The position numbers and the translations under genes are program-made. Below are positions 27,348 to 37,483 of a stretch of 64,000 bases of DNA, piece after piece. The stretch is from IMG/VR virus record IMGVR_UViG_3300029537_000168, one strand, 5' to 3'. The DNA comes from a virus (lineage: Duplodnaviria > Heunggongvirae > Uroviricota > Caudoviricetes). Each line of letters begins with the position of its first letter. Position 1 is the stretch's first letter. The notes below the pieces were generated by a model. It was given only the letters and a program-made list of their open reading frames with translations. It had not been told where the DNA came from and did not search any database.

Positions 27348-28007
27348 TTATTCCTCCTCTTCCGGTTGTGTGAAACCGTCCCGGTTTACTTCATCGTATT
27401 CCTCGTCCGGAGCGTTTTGTCCCTCGCTTACATATACGCCGTCGTCGTCTTCCACCATCTCCTGCCACTGGTCGAGCTTCACGCCGTATTTCTTTCTCAG
27501 GCGGCGCATTTCATCGCTGTCGTGCCCGGTTTTGTTCGGAAATTTCTTCTTCACATCCGATGTAATGACTACCGGCATACGTATCAGTTCGTCGCCCAGT
27601 TCCTCCGGTGTTTCCGGCTGGTCCAGACGGTCAATCTTGGTGAGCAGGCTGGCACCGTTGTACACCGCTTTCATGTCGCCCGTATCGGCTCCGTTGCGCA
27701 TCATCAGGTCGGCGGCGTGGCGCACCTTCATTGAGGAAATGTTTCGCTGTCCCTTGGCGTAGAACGACGAAATGAAGTCTATCACCTTCAGGTCGCCTCC
27801 CAACTGGCTGTACGTTCGTTTCCATCGGTTGATGATGTACTGCCGCAGGTTCATGAACGGGTCCTCCTCAAAGCGCTTGTACGCATCCAGGCAGACTTCC
27901 ACCCGCTTTTTCTGCTCGTCGGTAAAGGCCATGTTCTGCCACGGCACACCCGTTTCAAAGTGCTTCCGCAGCAGGTCGTAGAATCGTTGTGCTATTTCGC
28001 TTGCCAT
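27348..28007 (-). CDS. putative terminase small subunit
   Basis: Directly upstream of TerL, helical, 219 aa; positional inference. Confidence 0.5.
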   Translation of the reverse strand: MASEIAQRFYDLLRKHFETGVPWQNMAFTDEQKKRVEVCLDAYKRFEEDPFMNLRQYIINRWKRTYSQLGGDLKVIDFISSFYAKGQRNISSMKVRHAADLMMRNGADTGDMKAVYNGASLLTKIDRLDQPETPEELGDELIRMPVVITSDVKKKFPNKTGHDSDEMRRLRKKYGVKLDQWQEMVEDDDGVYVSEGQNAPDEEYDEVNRDGFTQPEEEE

Positions 28008-28083
28008 AGTTTGTGTTTCCGTGTTTGTGCTTATAAATCAGGGGAAATGTTTAACTGATTTCCCCTGATTCTTTAGATTTGTA

Positions 28084-28791
28084 TCATTGCAAAATCTCCC
28101 AGTCTTCTGCGAATACATCCGCTATGGAAGGATTCCATGAGTCAGCACGACCGGTATTTTCATTGTAAATAAGGCACTGGCACGTGTAATCAATAAATCC
28201 TTTTCCTTTCAGGATGATTTCTTTGGCGGATTGTGGGAGTGATTGCATTTTCGGTATTACATCGTTTCCAATGTGTGAAGGAACCTGCTTGACGACAAAC
28301 ATACCTTTACCATTCCATCCTTTTCTGCGGATACAAAGGCCAAACTTTAAAGCTTCTATTGCTTCACCAAAACTGTATAAGGTATTACACTTCGTTTTGC
28401 TACCGTTTGCATATTCAATACGGTTATGTAAAGTCCCAAGATAGCTTCCCATAGCTTCTCTTTGAAGGTGCATAAGGAAAGCTGGATAATCTTCTTTGAT
28501 TACCTCACGGAATTTTTCTGAATCTACGAATGAGCTACACTTTTCATACTTTTCTGATAGCTCTTCGTCTTCAATCATCATTCTGTCAATGAAAGTTTCA
28601 ACACATTTGTACCTTTCCTCAAATTCTGCTTTTGGAATAAAACTTACGCATCCATTGGAATCTACCACCTTGTATCCTTCCACTCTCGGTTCCATGGTTT
28701 TGGGGGTTGCATCCGTAGGAAGGTAAATATTACCACCTTTCAGAATTGCTTCTGTAGCCTGTACTTCTTCTGTTCTAATAAATTTCTTCAT
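28084..28791 (-). CDS. three-domain protein ending in DUF2829/Tad2-like domain
   Basis: SFGEAIEALK..RRKGWNGKGMFV..WNPSIADVFAEDW. Confidence 0.75.
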   Translation of the reverse strand: MKKFIRTEEVQATEAILKGGNIYLPTDATPKTMEPRVEGYKVVDSNGCVSFIPKAEFEERYKCVETFIDRMMIEDEELSEKYEKCSSFVDSEKFREVIKEDYPAFLMHLQREAMGSYLGTLHNRIEYANGSKTKCNTLYSFGEAIEALKFGLCIRRKGWNGKGMFVVKQVPSHIGNDVIPKMQSLPQSAKEIILKGKGFIDYTCQCLIYNENTGRADSWNPSIADVFAEDWEILQ

Positions 28792-28922
28792 AATTTTCTT
28801 AATTTAATATTGTATTAATCTGAAAAACAACTATTTAACTTTTAATGTAAAAATAAGCACATCGAAACATGCTTATTTTTACATTTGGCTACGAAACCAT
28901 TTTCGTGACCATACGGAAATGG

Positions 28923-29495
28923 TTACTGCTTGAATATGCTTTTCGTATGCTCCTTCATCCGAAACATCTCCGCCACATTCTCATACTCTTCCGGCGAAGT
29001 GGTAAGTGTGAACATCTGCATGGCGTTACTGCGCTGGGTGTTCAGGCTTCCCTGGATAACCAGGCTGTGCGATTTGCTTTTCACCGTGACGCAGCGGAAA
29101 CCCACATTGTCCTCACAAACCACCAGCCGGCCCGACTGGATAAACTCGCCCAACTGCGTGCGAATCTCCTGTCGCTGGTTGAAGGTGGCTCCTGTGGATG
29201 CAGGCTGCGAAATGAGTATCATTTTGCTGACATCAGCAATATGGTCCGACGGATTTGTAGGATCGGGCTTCACACGCGAAAGAATGCGACGGATGGTTTG
29301 AATGAGCTTTACATCGAGCCGCACCATGACAATGCCCATTTCACCTCCGGAACAGTAGCCGGACAGCGTGCCCAGCAGGTCGCACATATCCCAGTCAGAA
29401 AAACTGAAGAAGTTGGCAGCCGTGTGCTTTTTGCTGCACTCGTCAATCATGCCTTCCAGCTGCTTGTGGTAGCAGCAGGGTTCAATTATTCTCAT
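28923..29495 (-). CDS. hypothetical protein (possibly degenerate PLD-like fold)
   Basis: 190 aa; LVIQGSLN resembles GSxN but no HxK. Confidence 0.5.
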   Translation of the reverse strand: MRIIEPCCYHKQLEGMIDECSKKHTAANFFSFSDWDMCDLLGTLSGYCSGGEMGIVMVRLDVKLIQTIRRILSRVKPDPTNPSDHIADVSKMILISQPASTGATFNQRQEIRTQLGEFIQSGRLVVCEDNVGFRCVTVKSKSHSLVIQGSLNTQRSNAMQMFTLTTSPEEYENVAEMFRMKEHTKSIFKQ

Positions 29496-30694
29496 AACGC
29501 ACCTCCTTTCATCTGTCCTTCGGTCACACTCTCAGTAGGGTCTACTTTCTTGCGCGGAGTTTCTGTAGCTTTTTTCGGTTCTTCTGCCGATTTTTGGCGG
29601 TTTTCCGTGGATTCGGCACGTTTTTCCTCATTTACGGTAGTATTTTCGGCCTTTTCGGATTTCTTTTCTGATTTTACTTCCGTTTCTTTCGGTTCCGCTT
29701 TATCGGTGGAAGCTGGCTTTTCTTCTGTATGTACGGATGCAACCGGAGCGTTTACACCGGGAATGGAGATACCGGCTGCAGTGGCTACTTCTGCCGTTTT
29801 CTTAGGCAGGTTTTCTCCCCACTCCATCAGCTCCTCTATACGAAGGCGAAGCTGTTCCTTGTATTCCTCGGTAATCTTCACGTCGCTGCGGTTGATGTAT
29901 TTCTTGTTTCCCTCCACGCGGGCCTTTCGGCATACTTCCTGCTGGCGTATATCCTTCATGGCATCTATCTCGGCACGTGTAAAGTCGCCAGGGCGTTTCA
30001 TGCTGTCGGCTGTGGAAGTTTCCGGCTCGGTGTAGGTACCGTTAAGGGCTGCATCCACATTGGCCCAGAATGCCCGGATTTTCTGCTCGGAAGCGATGGC
30101 TTTCTGTGCCATGTCGGCACGTGCTTCGTCGCTTACATTGGGATTTTCGGCCATTACCTCCAGCGTTCCGCGATACTCGGCCAGTTCCAGGTACATGGCG
30201 GAAAGTTCTTTCTCTCCCTTGTCGCGGAGAGATTTCGGCAGCTTATCCTTATAGAGTGCAAATTCTTTCGGTCTGCGTCCGTCCACTTCCTGCTCTTCGT
30301 ACTGGCGTGCAGTCATGTTTCCTTCTTCATCGGGCGCACCGTCATCAGGAACAATCGCTTTGTAACGAACGGCGCCAACCGGACCGCGAGTGGCTTTCTT
30401 GGCCAGTCCGGATTTCTTCCGTACTTCCTGCAGGAACAGGTTCATCTTGTTGAGTGCACGGCGGGCTTCATAGCGCTGTACGTCGCGAAGAAAGTCTTTT
30501 GCCCTCACAATGGCCGACACCAGACGGCATCCTTCGTCGAAATCCTTCACGGGCACTTTCATCCAGCATTCGGCCAGCGCCAGCAGTTCCGGAAAAGTTT
30601 CATCTGTCCATCGTTTCACCCGGTCCAGATAATCTTTCTTTTCTTCCTCGTTCATGGTTCTGTAGTCTTTTAAGTATTCTTTTTCTGTAATCAT
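29492..30694 (-). CDS. hypothetical late protein
   Basis: 400 aa, charged tail, follows late promoter. Confidence 0.65.
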   Translation of the reverse strand: MITEKEYLKDYRTMNEEEKKDYLDRVKRWTDETFPELLALAECWMKVPVKDFDEGCRLVSAIVRAKDFLRDVQRYEARRALNKMNLFLQEVRKKSGLAKKATRGPVGAVRYKAIVPDDGAPDEEGNMTARQYEEQEVDGRRPKEFALYKDKLPKSLRDKGEKELSAMYLELAEYRGTLEVMAENPNVSDEARADMAQKAIASEQKIRAFWANVDAALNGTYTEPETSTADSMKRPGDFTRAEIDAMKDIRQQEVCRKARVEGNKKYINRSDVKITEEYKEQLRLRIEELMEWGENLPKKTAEVATAAGISIPGVNAPVASVHTEEKPASTDKAEPKETEVKSEKKSEKAENTTVNEEKRAESTENRQKSAEEPKKATETPRKKVDPTESVTEGQMKGGAL

Positions 30695-30721
30695 AACCTT
30701 TGTTTTTCAATTACTTTACCC

Positions 30722-30764
30722 CAAAAGTAGGGAAAACCTATTTGCTGTTGAAGGACACAAAAAA
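30722..30764 (-). promoter_or_regulatory. late-type promoter
   Basis: TTTTGTGTCCTTCA-N19-TACTTTTG. Confidence 0.7.
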
Positions 30765-30795
30765 GTCCGGCACCGATTAGCAAGTGCCGGACTTC
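30759..30795 (-). terminator. intrinsic terminator
   Basis: AAGTCCGGCAC/GTGCCGGACTT stem plus T run. Confidence 0.7.
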
Positions 30796-30840
30796 TATCC
30801 ACATTTTCGTCAGTTTAATATCCTTGAAGCGAACGGGTTA

Positions 30841-31404
30841 TTAACCTTCTCCTTCTTCATCTTCCTCTGCTTCTGATCTCAGAGTAAGAACTCCTGCCCA
30901 GGTAGTCAGAGAGTAGCGGTTCGGGTTGCTGGTCACTGTTACTGCATGACCGCTGTCTGAATCAGGAGTGGTACCACTGTCGTAGTTGTTGTTCACTTCT
31001 GTTCCGAAAGTAGGATCGTACACCACATAGTAACCTCCTGCAGGGTTTTCCGCAAAGAAAATAGCGTCACCACGGTTCTTCAGGATGCGGAGCACATGGG
31101 CTGCGTTTTTAACGTCCTTGTCGATGGTAAACATCAGCTGTACGTTATATCCCTTTGCACCTTCGTTACCTGTTGAAGAAATCTGACCGCTCTGTTTCTT
31201 GATACGGAACTTCCACGCTCCTTTACCAGGAGAAAAAGCAAAAGAAGCTTCAGTAAATGCAGCTTTAGATGCTTCATATTGAGGCTTTGCCGTAAGGTCT
31301 TCCGGATAAGCGACATAAATCTGATTACCGATACCGGCAAACTGTTCTTCACAACCGGCAGCAGCCTGACCAATATCCATTAATTCACATGCCATTTCTG
31401 CCAT
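30841..31404 (-). CDS. structural protein, probable tail tube, copy 2
   Basis: Follows capsid; beta-rich; near-identical to 31436-31978. Confidence 0.6.
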   Translation of the reverse strand: MAEMACELMDIGQAAAGCEEQFAGIGNQIYVAYPEDLTAKPQYEASKAAFTEASFAFSPGKGAWKFRIKKQSGQISSTGNEGAKGYNVQLMFTIDKDVKNAAHVLRILKNRGDAIFFAENPAGGYYVVYDPTFGTEVNNNYDSGTTPDSDSGHAVTVTSNPNRYSLTTWAGVLTLRSEAEEDEEGEG

Positions 31405-31435
31405 AGTCTCTCATGTTTTATAGTTTGTGTAATAG

Positions 31436-31978
31436 TTATCCCAACTCCGATTTGATAGTCAGAGTTCCGTCCCAGGTAGTCAGGGAGTAGCGGTTCGGGT
31501 TGCTGGTAACAGTTACTGCATGACCGCTATCAGAATCCGGAGTAGTTCCACTGTCGTAGTTGTTGTTAACTTCCGTACCGAAAGTAGGGTCGTACACTAC
31601 GTAATAACCTCCTGACGGGTTTTCTGCAAAGAAAATAGCGTCACCACGGTTTTTCAGGATGCGGAGCACATGAGCTGCGTTTTTCACGTCCTTGTCGATG
31701 GTAAACATCAGCTGTACGTTGTATCCTTTTGCCCCTTCGTTACCTGTTGAAGAAATCTGACCGCTCTGTTTCTTGATACGGAACTTCCAGGCTCCTTTTT
31801 GGGGCTTGAATGTAAACGCACCTGAAGCAAAAGCAGCTTTATTCTGATCATAAGTAGGCGGAGATGCCAAATCTTCCGGGTAGGCTACATATATCTGATT
31901 ACCGATACCGGCAAACTGTTCTTCACAACCGGCAGCAGCCTGACCAACATCCATTAATTCACATGCCATATCTGCCAT
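31436..31978 (-). CDS. structural protein, probable tail tube, copy 1
   Basis: As above. Confidence 0.6.
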   Translation of the reverse strand: MADMACELMDVGQAAAGCEEQFAGIGNQIYVAYPEDLASPPTYDQNKAAFASGAFTFKPQKGAWKFRIKKQSGQISSTGNEGAKGYNVQLMFTIDKDVKNAAHVLRILKNRGDAIFFAENPSGGYYVVYDPTFGTEVNNNYDSGTTPDSDSGHAVTVTSNPNRYSLTTWDGTLTIKSELG

Positions 31979-32060
31979 AATAGTCTGGTTTTAAAAGTTT
32001 GTGTTTGTGTTGTGAAGGCTGCCAAACTTGGCAGCCTGTTTTATCTCAGCGAGCGGGTTA

Positions 32061-33314
32061 TTATTCGCCTTCCTGTTCGAAGATGGCCTGAAGGTAGGTC
32101 GGGTATCCGTTGTAAACGATGTCACGCGGAGAGATTGTTGCACCGTCGCTCCATGCCTTGAACCTGTATCCAGATTCAGCAGCAGGAGTCAGTTTCACGG
32201 TTTCGTCTTTCGTATATACATCCTTTTGCGGAGACAGCGTTACCTTACCCCATTCTTCGTTGTTTGAAGTAACGGTCAGGGTATTCTTCTGGTAGTCACC
32301 GTTCAGCTGTTCAATCTGTTCGATAGTACCGTCGCTCACACAGAACTTGGATGGTGCGATGTCCAGAATACGTGCGCCTACGGTAGACTGTACCTGGAAA
32401 ATCAGCACGTTCAAGTCGTTCGGATCGTGACTCATCATCACCGAGTTCCAGTCGCTTGCACGGTCAAGACCGAACTGCAGGTTTTCAGGGAGAGTAGCAA
32501 TCATACGATTACCCTTACCAATAATACCGTCGGTTACAATCTTGATGTTTTCCATTCCCACGAATGAGAATCCTTCACCGCCTGCACTTGTAGTCTGCAA
32601 TCCGGTAAACTTACGCATGTAGCTGTGAGTAATGAGTCGCTTCTGCTTCGGCGACATGTAAACGATTACTTCCTGAGCGTTACGCAACAACGGATGCCAT
32701 CCTTCCACCCATTCTACAAATGCGTCGAAGTGTTCTCCATCCTGAGTTTCAGGACCTTCGTTAATCGGGTCGCAAGCCACAAGGTTTCCTTCCTTGGAAG
32801 AAATCTTACCCTGATTAATAAGGTTGTTAATGATAGTCCAGTAACCGTTGTACAGACTGAGCGGGTCGTCTTCTCCCAATTCAATGTTACCGAAGAACAG
32901 GTTGCTCAGGTTATCGCCGGCAAACTGCTTACCAATCTGACGAAGGATAAATTCTGTGACCGGTGCATTGTAGGTTCCGTTTGAACCCAGGATGCTGAAC
33001 GGCTGTTTTTCGCGGAAGTTCTGAAGGTTTTCGTAGTAACGTGACCAAATCTGGTTCATCACCAGTTTGCTTTCGTCCATGAAACCAAGGGTTGACTTCA
33101 GCGTAGAACCTTCCTTGTAACGGCGGGCTTCACCACCCTTACGACGGAAAATGATTTGAGTCTGTGCGTATTCAATATCTTCGATAACCTTGATGCGAAG
33201 TTTGTTGAACACTGCCATGTTATCGAGAACCGGGCTTTCGATGATGTCCGGAGCAAGAATGTCTTTTACGTGCGATACATTCTCTTCACTGAGTGCGTAT
33301 AACTTTGTAGCCAT
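32061..33314 (-). CDS. major capsid protein with C-terminal Ig/InlB-B-repeat-like domain
   Basis: Follows protease/scaffold; C-terminal TLTV..WGKV..VKLTPAAESGYRFKAWSDG. Confidence 0.7.
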   Translation of the reverse strand: MATKLYALSEENVSHVKDILAPDIIESPVLDNMAVFNKLRIKVIEDIEYAQTQIIFRRKGGEARRYKEGSTLKSTLGFMDESKLVMNQIWSRYYENLQNFREKQPFSILGSNGTYNAPVTEFILRQIGKQFAGDNLSNLFFGNIELGEDDPLSLYNGYWTIINNLINQGKISSKEGNLVACDPINEGPETQDGEHFDAFVEWVEGWHPLLRNAQEVIVYMSPKQKRLITHSYMRKFTGLQTTSAGGEGFSFVGMENIKIVTDGIIGKGNRMIATLPENLQFGLDRASDWNSVMMSHDPNDLNVLIFQVQSTVGARILDIAPSKFCVSDGTIEQIEQLNGDYQKNTLTVTSNNEEWGKVTLSPQKDVYTKDETVKLTPAAESGYRFKAWSDGATISPRDIVYNGYPTYLQAIFEQEGE

Positions 33315-33357
33315 ATTGTTTGTGTCTGGTTTAGTTTTTGTGTCGTGTTCTTATCTC

Positions 33358-34932
33358 TTATCGTGCTTTGCTGATTTCAACATCACGCTTGCGGCGGGCT
33401 TCAGCTTTCTCGGCCCAGCTCATGTTTTCACCGCATACGCTCTGCACATGGAACTGTCCGCTTTCCTGACCTCCGTTGTTGTCTTTCGGCGGGTCCTGCG
33501 GAGTAGGTTCCAGTTGTGCTGTTTCGCTCAGTTCCTTGATTTCCGCATCTTTCTGTTCGATGCTCTTCTGAGCTTCATTCAGCTTCGCAGTCATGTCTTC
33601 CGATTCCTTCTTATGAGCGTCCTTCAATGAAGAAACCTCTTTTTCGTGTTCCGCTTTCAGGTTGGCCAGTGCTTCCGCATGGTCTTTCTTCATCTGTTCG
33701 ATGGTTGCGTTAAGCTGTTCTACTTCCGTGAGTTTTGCAGCCAGCGTAGATTCCGTCTGTTTAGCTTTCATGACGAACTCTTCTACATTGTCCGCCATGG
33801 TTTCCACCATGTAGAAACCGCCGTTTTCTTCGACTACCAGGGAGTTTACCTTTGCAGCCGACTGAATAAATGGATAGCTTTTTGCCATAGTTGCTTGTTT
33901 TTGAGTTTGTGATTCTGTTTTATCTGATGCCGGCTGCTCCACAGAAGCCTGTTCCTGTGTTCCCGGCTGCTTTTCTTCCTTGATTCCTGATGGTTTGCTG
34001 TCTTCGCGTGAGGCTCCGGACGAATTTCCTTTCTGACTCTGACTCACTCCGGCCAGCTGCTGCACGCGGTTCACGCAGAACTTGAAGTCGCCATGACCGT
34101 CGACCATGGTACCCACCACATCGCCCGCATCGAAAGTTTTTCCGGTCATCTGGTCATCCGTCACTCTGGGACGGCGCTCGCGTACCATCTGCTGGAAATC
34201 GGCACAAAGCCGGTTCAGCTCTTCCTTGATGCCGTCATAGTTCCCCTCGGCCGCGTCGCGGTACTCCTTGTTCTTATAAGGAGATCCGTCGGCGTAAATC
34301 TCGGCGTACCGTTCCTGCGTCACGGTGTTCACATCGCCGTCCTTGTTAGTGAGCATCGCGCACATTGTACCGATACATCCCACCGTGTCGTGCGGATTGG
34401 TGAAATACACTTCGTCGCACAGAGCCATCAGCGCATAACCGGCACTGCAGGCCATCCCGTCGATGTGACCCACAATCTTCTTTCCTTTTGATCGGGCGTA
34501 GTTGAGGGCCATCTCATAGTCGTACTTCGCCATGCTGCTACCGCCCGGGCTGTCCATCTCGATAATAAATCCGATGGTATGCGCATCGTCAGAAGCACGC
34601 ATGATGATGTCCTTGTGTTCCTTGCTTCCGTAGGAACACAGGTCGCCATTACGAAGAATGGGGCCCTGTACGTCGATAACCGAAATGATGCGGTCGTCTT
34701 CCCCTATATCGTTCCATCTGGTTACATCATCGTAATCTCCGATGTAAGTCTTTTCAGCATATCCGGTACGCGAAGAAAGGAAGTAAGGTCGGTCGGTCCG
34801 CTCGTCCGGCTTCTCGTAAGGACGGTGTGAGGCAATGTTGTCAAGAATCGTTCTCCGGTAAGCATGCAGAGACTCCGGGTAAAAGTCCCAGAATCGCGTA
34901 GACATGATTTCGTGAAATGCTCTTGTTACCAT
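33358..34932 (-). CDS. S49 prohead protease with C-terminal scaffold
   Basis: EMDSPGGS, MACSAGYALMA, VGCIG; coiled-coil tail. Confidence 0.9.
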   Translation of the reverse strand: MVTRAFHEIMSTRFWDFYPESLHAYRRTILDNIASHRPYEKPDERTDRPYFLSSRTGYAEKTYIGDYDDVTRWNDIGEDDRIISVIDVQGPILRNGDLCSYGSKEHKDIIMRASDDAHTIGFIIEMDSPGGSSMAKYDYEMALNYARSKGKKIVGHIDGMACSAGYALMALCDEVYFTNPHDTVGCIGTMCAMLTNKDGDVNTVTQERYAEIYADGSPYKNKEYRDAAEGNYDGIKEELNRLCADFQQMVRERRPRVTDDQMTGKTFDAGDVVGTMVDGHGDFKFCVNRVQQLAGVSQSQKGNSSGASREDSKPSGIKEEKQPGTQEQASVEQPASDKTESQTQKQATMAKSYPFIQSAAKVNSLVVEENGGFYMVETMADNVEEFVMKAKQTESTLAAKLTEVEQLNATIEQMKKDHAEALANLKAEHEKEVSSLKDAHKKESEDMTAKLNEAQKSIEQKDAEIKELSETAQLEPTPQDPPKDNNGGQESGQFHVQSVCGENMSWAEKAEARRKRDVEISKAR

Positions 34933-34961
34933 TTTCGTTTGATAATTAATTGATTACATCA

Positions 34962-35004
34962 CGAAATTACGCACGCGAAATGCGGTAATGAAGGACACAA
35001 AAAA
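34962..35004 (-). promoter_or_regulatory. late-type promoter of head operon
   Basis: TTTTGTGTCCTTCA-N19-TAATTTCG. Confidence 0.7.
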
Positions 35005-35306
35005 TGACTAAATGCGTGAATTACAGAAATATGCGGATGCTCAAACGGATTTTCTCTGCAAATAAAAACCTGCTAAGAATGAGCATGTTGTAAAACACAC
35101 GGAGTTTGTGCGAAAAAAAGAAATTTGCGGCGGACGCAAAGAAATTGAAGAATGTCACAAAGACGATAATGAAGATTTACCTGCATGACGAAAGAAAAAC
35201 GCGCACAAAAAGAAAGGCCCAAAGAAAAAATGCCGCCCCACACACGTATGCAGGAACGGCATTCCAACGGAAAGAAAAAAGCAATATATATAATAAGGTG
35301 TAGATG

Positions 35307-35747
35307 TCAGACCACACGCTGTGCGCCGGTCACGTTGCGGATGGTGAGTGTGCACGAAATCACGCCGTCGTCTTCCTCATACTGAAATTCATAACCGTCG
35401 CTCACGGCACGCACAAACATTTCACCGTCGCCAAATGTTCTTACAATCAAATGGTTAGTGCTGTTTTTCAGCGTTTCAAGCTGTAAATAGGTTTCCTGCG
35501 TCACCATCTCTACCTCCCAACTCACCGTCACTTCGTAAGAATCGCCGGCCACGCTGGTTTCCGCGCTCTCCTTCAGGCTCCCCGATTTCGGTTTCATCTG
35601 AATGGAAATCTTACGGTCGCCCGACACAGAAAAATCAGGTTTATCACTTTTCTTCTCAATATTGAACGGGCGGGAAAACGTAACCGCGTCGTCCGGATAA
35701 GCTTCAATGCTGCCTATCAACTCGTAATAATTCTCGCTGCAATTCAT
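35307..35747 (-). CDS. hypothetical beta-rich protein
   Basis: 146-aa ORF. Confidence 0.6.
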   Translation of the reverse strand: MNCSENYYELIGSIEAYPDDAVTFSRPFNIEKKSDKPDFSVSGDRKISIQMKPKSGSLKESAETSVAGDSYEVTVSWEVEMVTQETYLQLETLKNSTNHLIVRTFGDGEMFVRAVSDGYEFQYEEDDGVISCTLTIRNVTGAQRVV

Positions 35748-35857
35748 GATTTATGTGTTGTTTTGTGGTTGAAAATGGCGACTGACAAAGTTACTGACAA
35801 ATCGCACCAACTTTCTTCGTTTCTTTAACTTTTATTTATTGCTATTCATGTATAAAT

Positions 35858-36493
35858 TTATGGCGTGTATATACAGATTCTTCCGGTTCTCGACTCAAGC
35901 TCTTCTTTTCTCACTTTGATGTCAGACTTCATTCTGGATTTGATTCTCCACCAATATCGCATCATGCTCTCAAATCTTTTCATGTCTATATCGTACAAAA
36001 CAATGAAATCAGACATGACATCTTCGGAAGTAACATGTTCGCCCATTCTATTTGCCCGGAAAATACAGTCATCATGAAATCTGGCGAAATCATACCAGAA
36101 CTCACGTTTCAATTCATTCCTTATCTTCTTACTTCCGTTGATATTCAGGTGAAAAAACTTATCCACTTTCACCTCACCGCTAAATTTGCAGACGCTTTCA
36201 GGCATTTCCAACTCCAGGTAATCTTCTTTCTCTTTTTCAGTCAACATTTTAAACTGAGCGGTAAATAATGATTTCTGAGGTTTCAAATGAAAGGCTACTT
36301 CATTATAGGAAAAATCTGTTATACCCGAAAAATCTGCATCTCTGAACAAGTGAGTCTTCATATATACACCCAGAAGGCTGTTCTGAGGAAACCTGACCGG
36401 AGTTCCATACTTTATTTCGAAGTATTTCTTATAATAATCACTCACTTTAAGGAAGCATGAGTGACGCTGCTCATTCATTGAATTTTTTGGCAT
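35858..36493 (-). CDS. hypothetical protein (candidate late regulator)
   Basis: About 211 aa; C-terminal helical ESMMRYWWR; positional guess. Confidence 0.5.
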   Translation of the reverse strand: MPKNSMNEQRHSCFLKVSDYYKKYFEIKYGTPVRFPQNSLLGVYMKTHLFRDADFSGITDFSYNEVAFHLKPQKSLFTAQFKMLTEKEKEDYLELEMPESVCKFSGEVKVDKFFHLNINGSKKIRNELKREFWYDFARFHDDCIFRANRMGEHVTSEDVMSDFIVLYDIDMKRFESMMRYWWRIKSRMKSDIKVRKEELESRTGRICIYTP

Positions 36494-36529
36494 AGTAGTA
36501 AGATAAAGTCTGTAAATCAATTAATCAAC

Positions 36530-37420
36530 AGCAAGTTACGGACGATTCAACACCAATCGGAATTTCATTCAACAAAAAAAGGTTAAGCGACTGTGGCCTT
36601 ATTTTGCGTGTTTTTCACGATTTTGCAAAGCTGTGCAATTTTCTTGCAAAACACTTCTCAATACTTATTTATTTAATTATCAATCATTTATAGTGTATAA
36701 TAAATAATAAATAAAGAGTTATTGCCGATTGTTCATTGATTTTGAAGTGAAGAAAACGTATTTTTTCGGTAAAGAACAGATTTCAGGCTGTACGGCTTTT
36801 TCTTTTATGTCCATTGCGTAGCTCTCTCTGTTACACGGTGAAGTTGGATATAAAGGAAGTAGAACGAAAGGGGAAAGGCGTGCTTTGTCGTCCCGCGTTC
36901 CGCAGGCCGACCTTTCCCTCCTTTCGTTCTTTCAGGTTTCCATTCGGATTCCTTCCCCATTCGGACGCTCACAGGAAGAAATGATTCGACTGATGTACGC
37001 CATTCTCTACCCTACGAAAAATTTTTATTTTAAAGATTTTGTAAACTCGTTTTTCGTGAAAAATCGGCAAAATATCAAAAAGTACAATACTTTTAATTGA
37101 TTATCAGATAGTTATTCATTGCAAAAATTTCGCCAACGCTTCGCAAGCTTTGCAAAATTGCTTACAAATGATACTTAACTAACTGATTATCAAATTGCAA
37201 AATGTTTTGCAAAGGGTGTGTAAAACTTGTAATATTTGATACTGAATTGATTTTCTAAGCGATTTTCTCTTTGTGTCGGAATGATTTTCCTGAAAGTCTC
37301 GTGCCTACTCCACTCAAATGGCGTAACTACGCGACAAAAGTGTCTATTAAGCGCGGCCGCAGTGGCGATACTATGCCAGTTTGGAATTTATGTGACGAAA
37401 TACGGCTTTTGTTGACAGAA
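36530..37420. other. candidate replication origin
   Basis: Long non-coding AT-rich gap, TTGCAAA clusters, two IHF-consensus sites, central inverted repeat. Confidence 0.4.
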
Positions 37421-37483
37421 AAAAGGCGTAAAAGTGCTATTACATACACTTCTACGCCTCCTTAAAAATGAATCAGAAAGTGA

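Noticed and set aside
28923..29495. Active phospholipase D nuclease
   Set aside because: HxK catalytic residues are absent.
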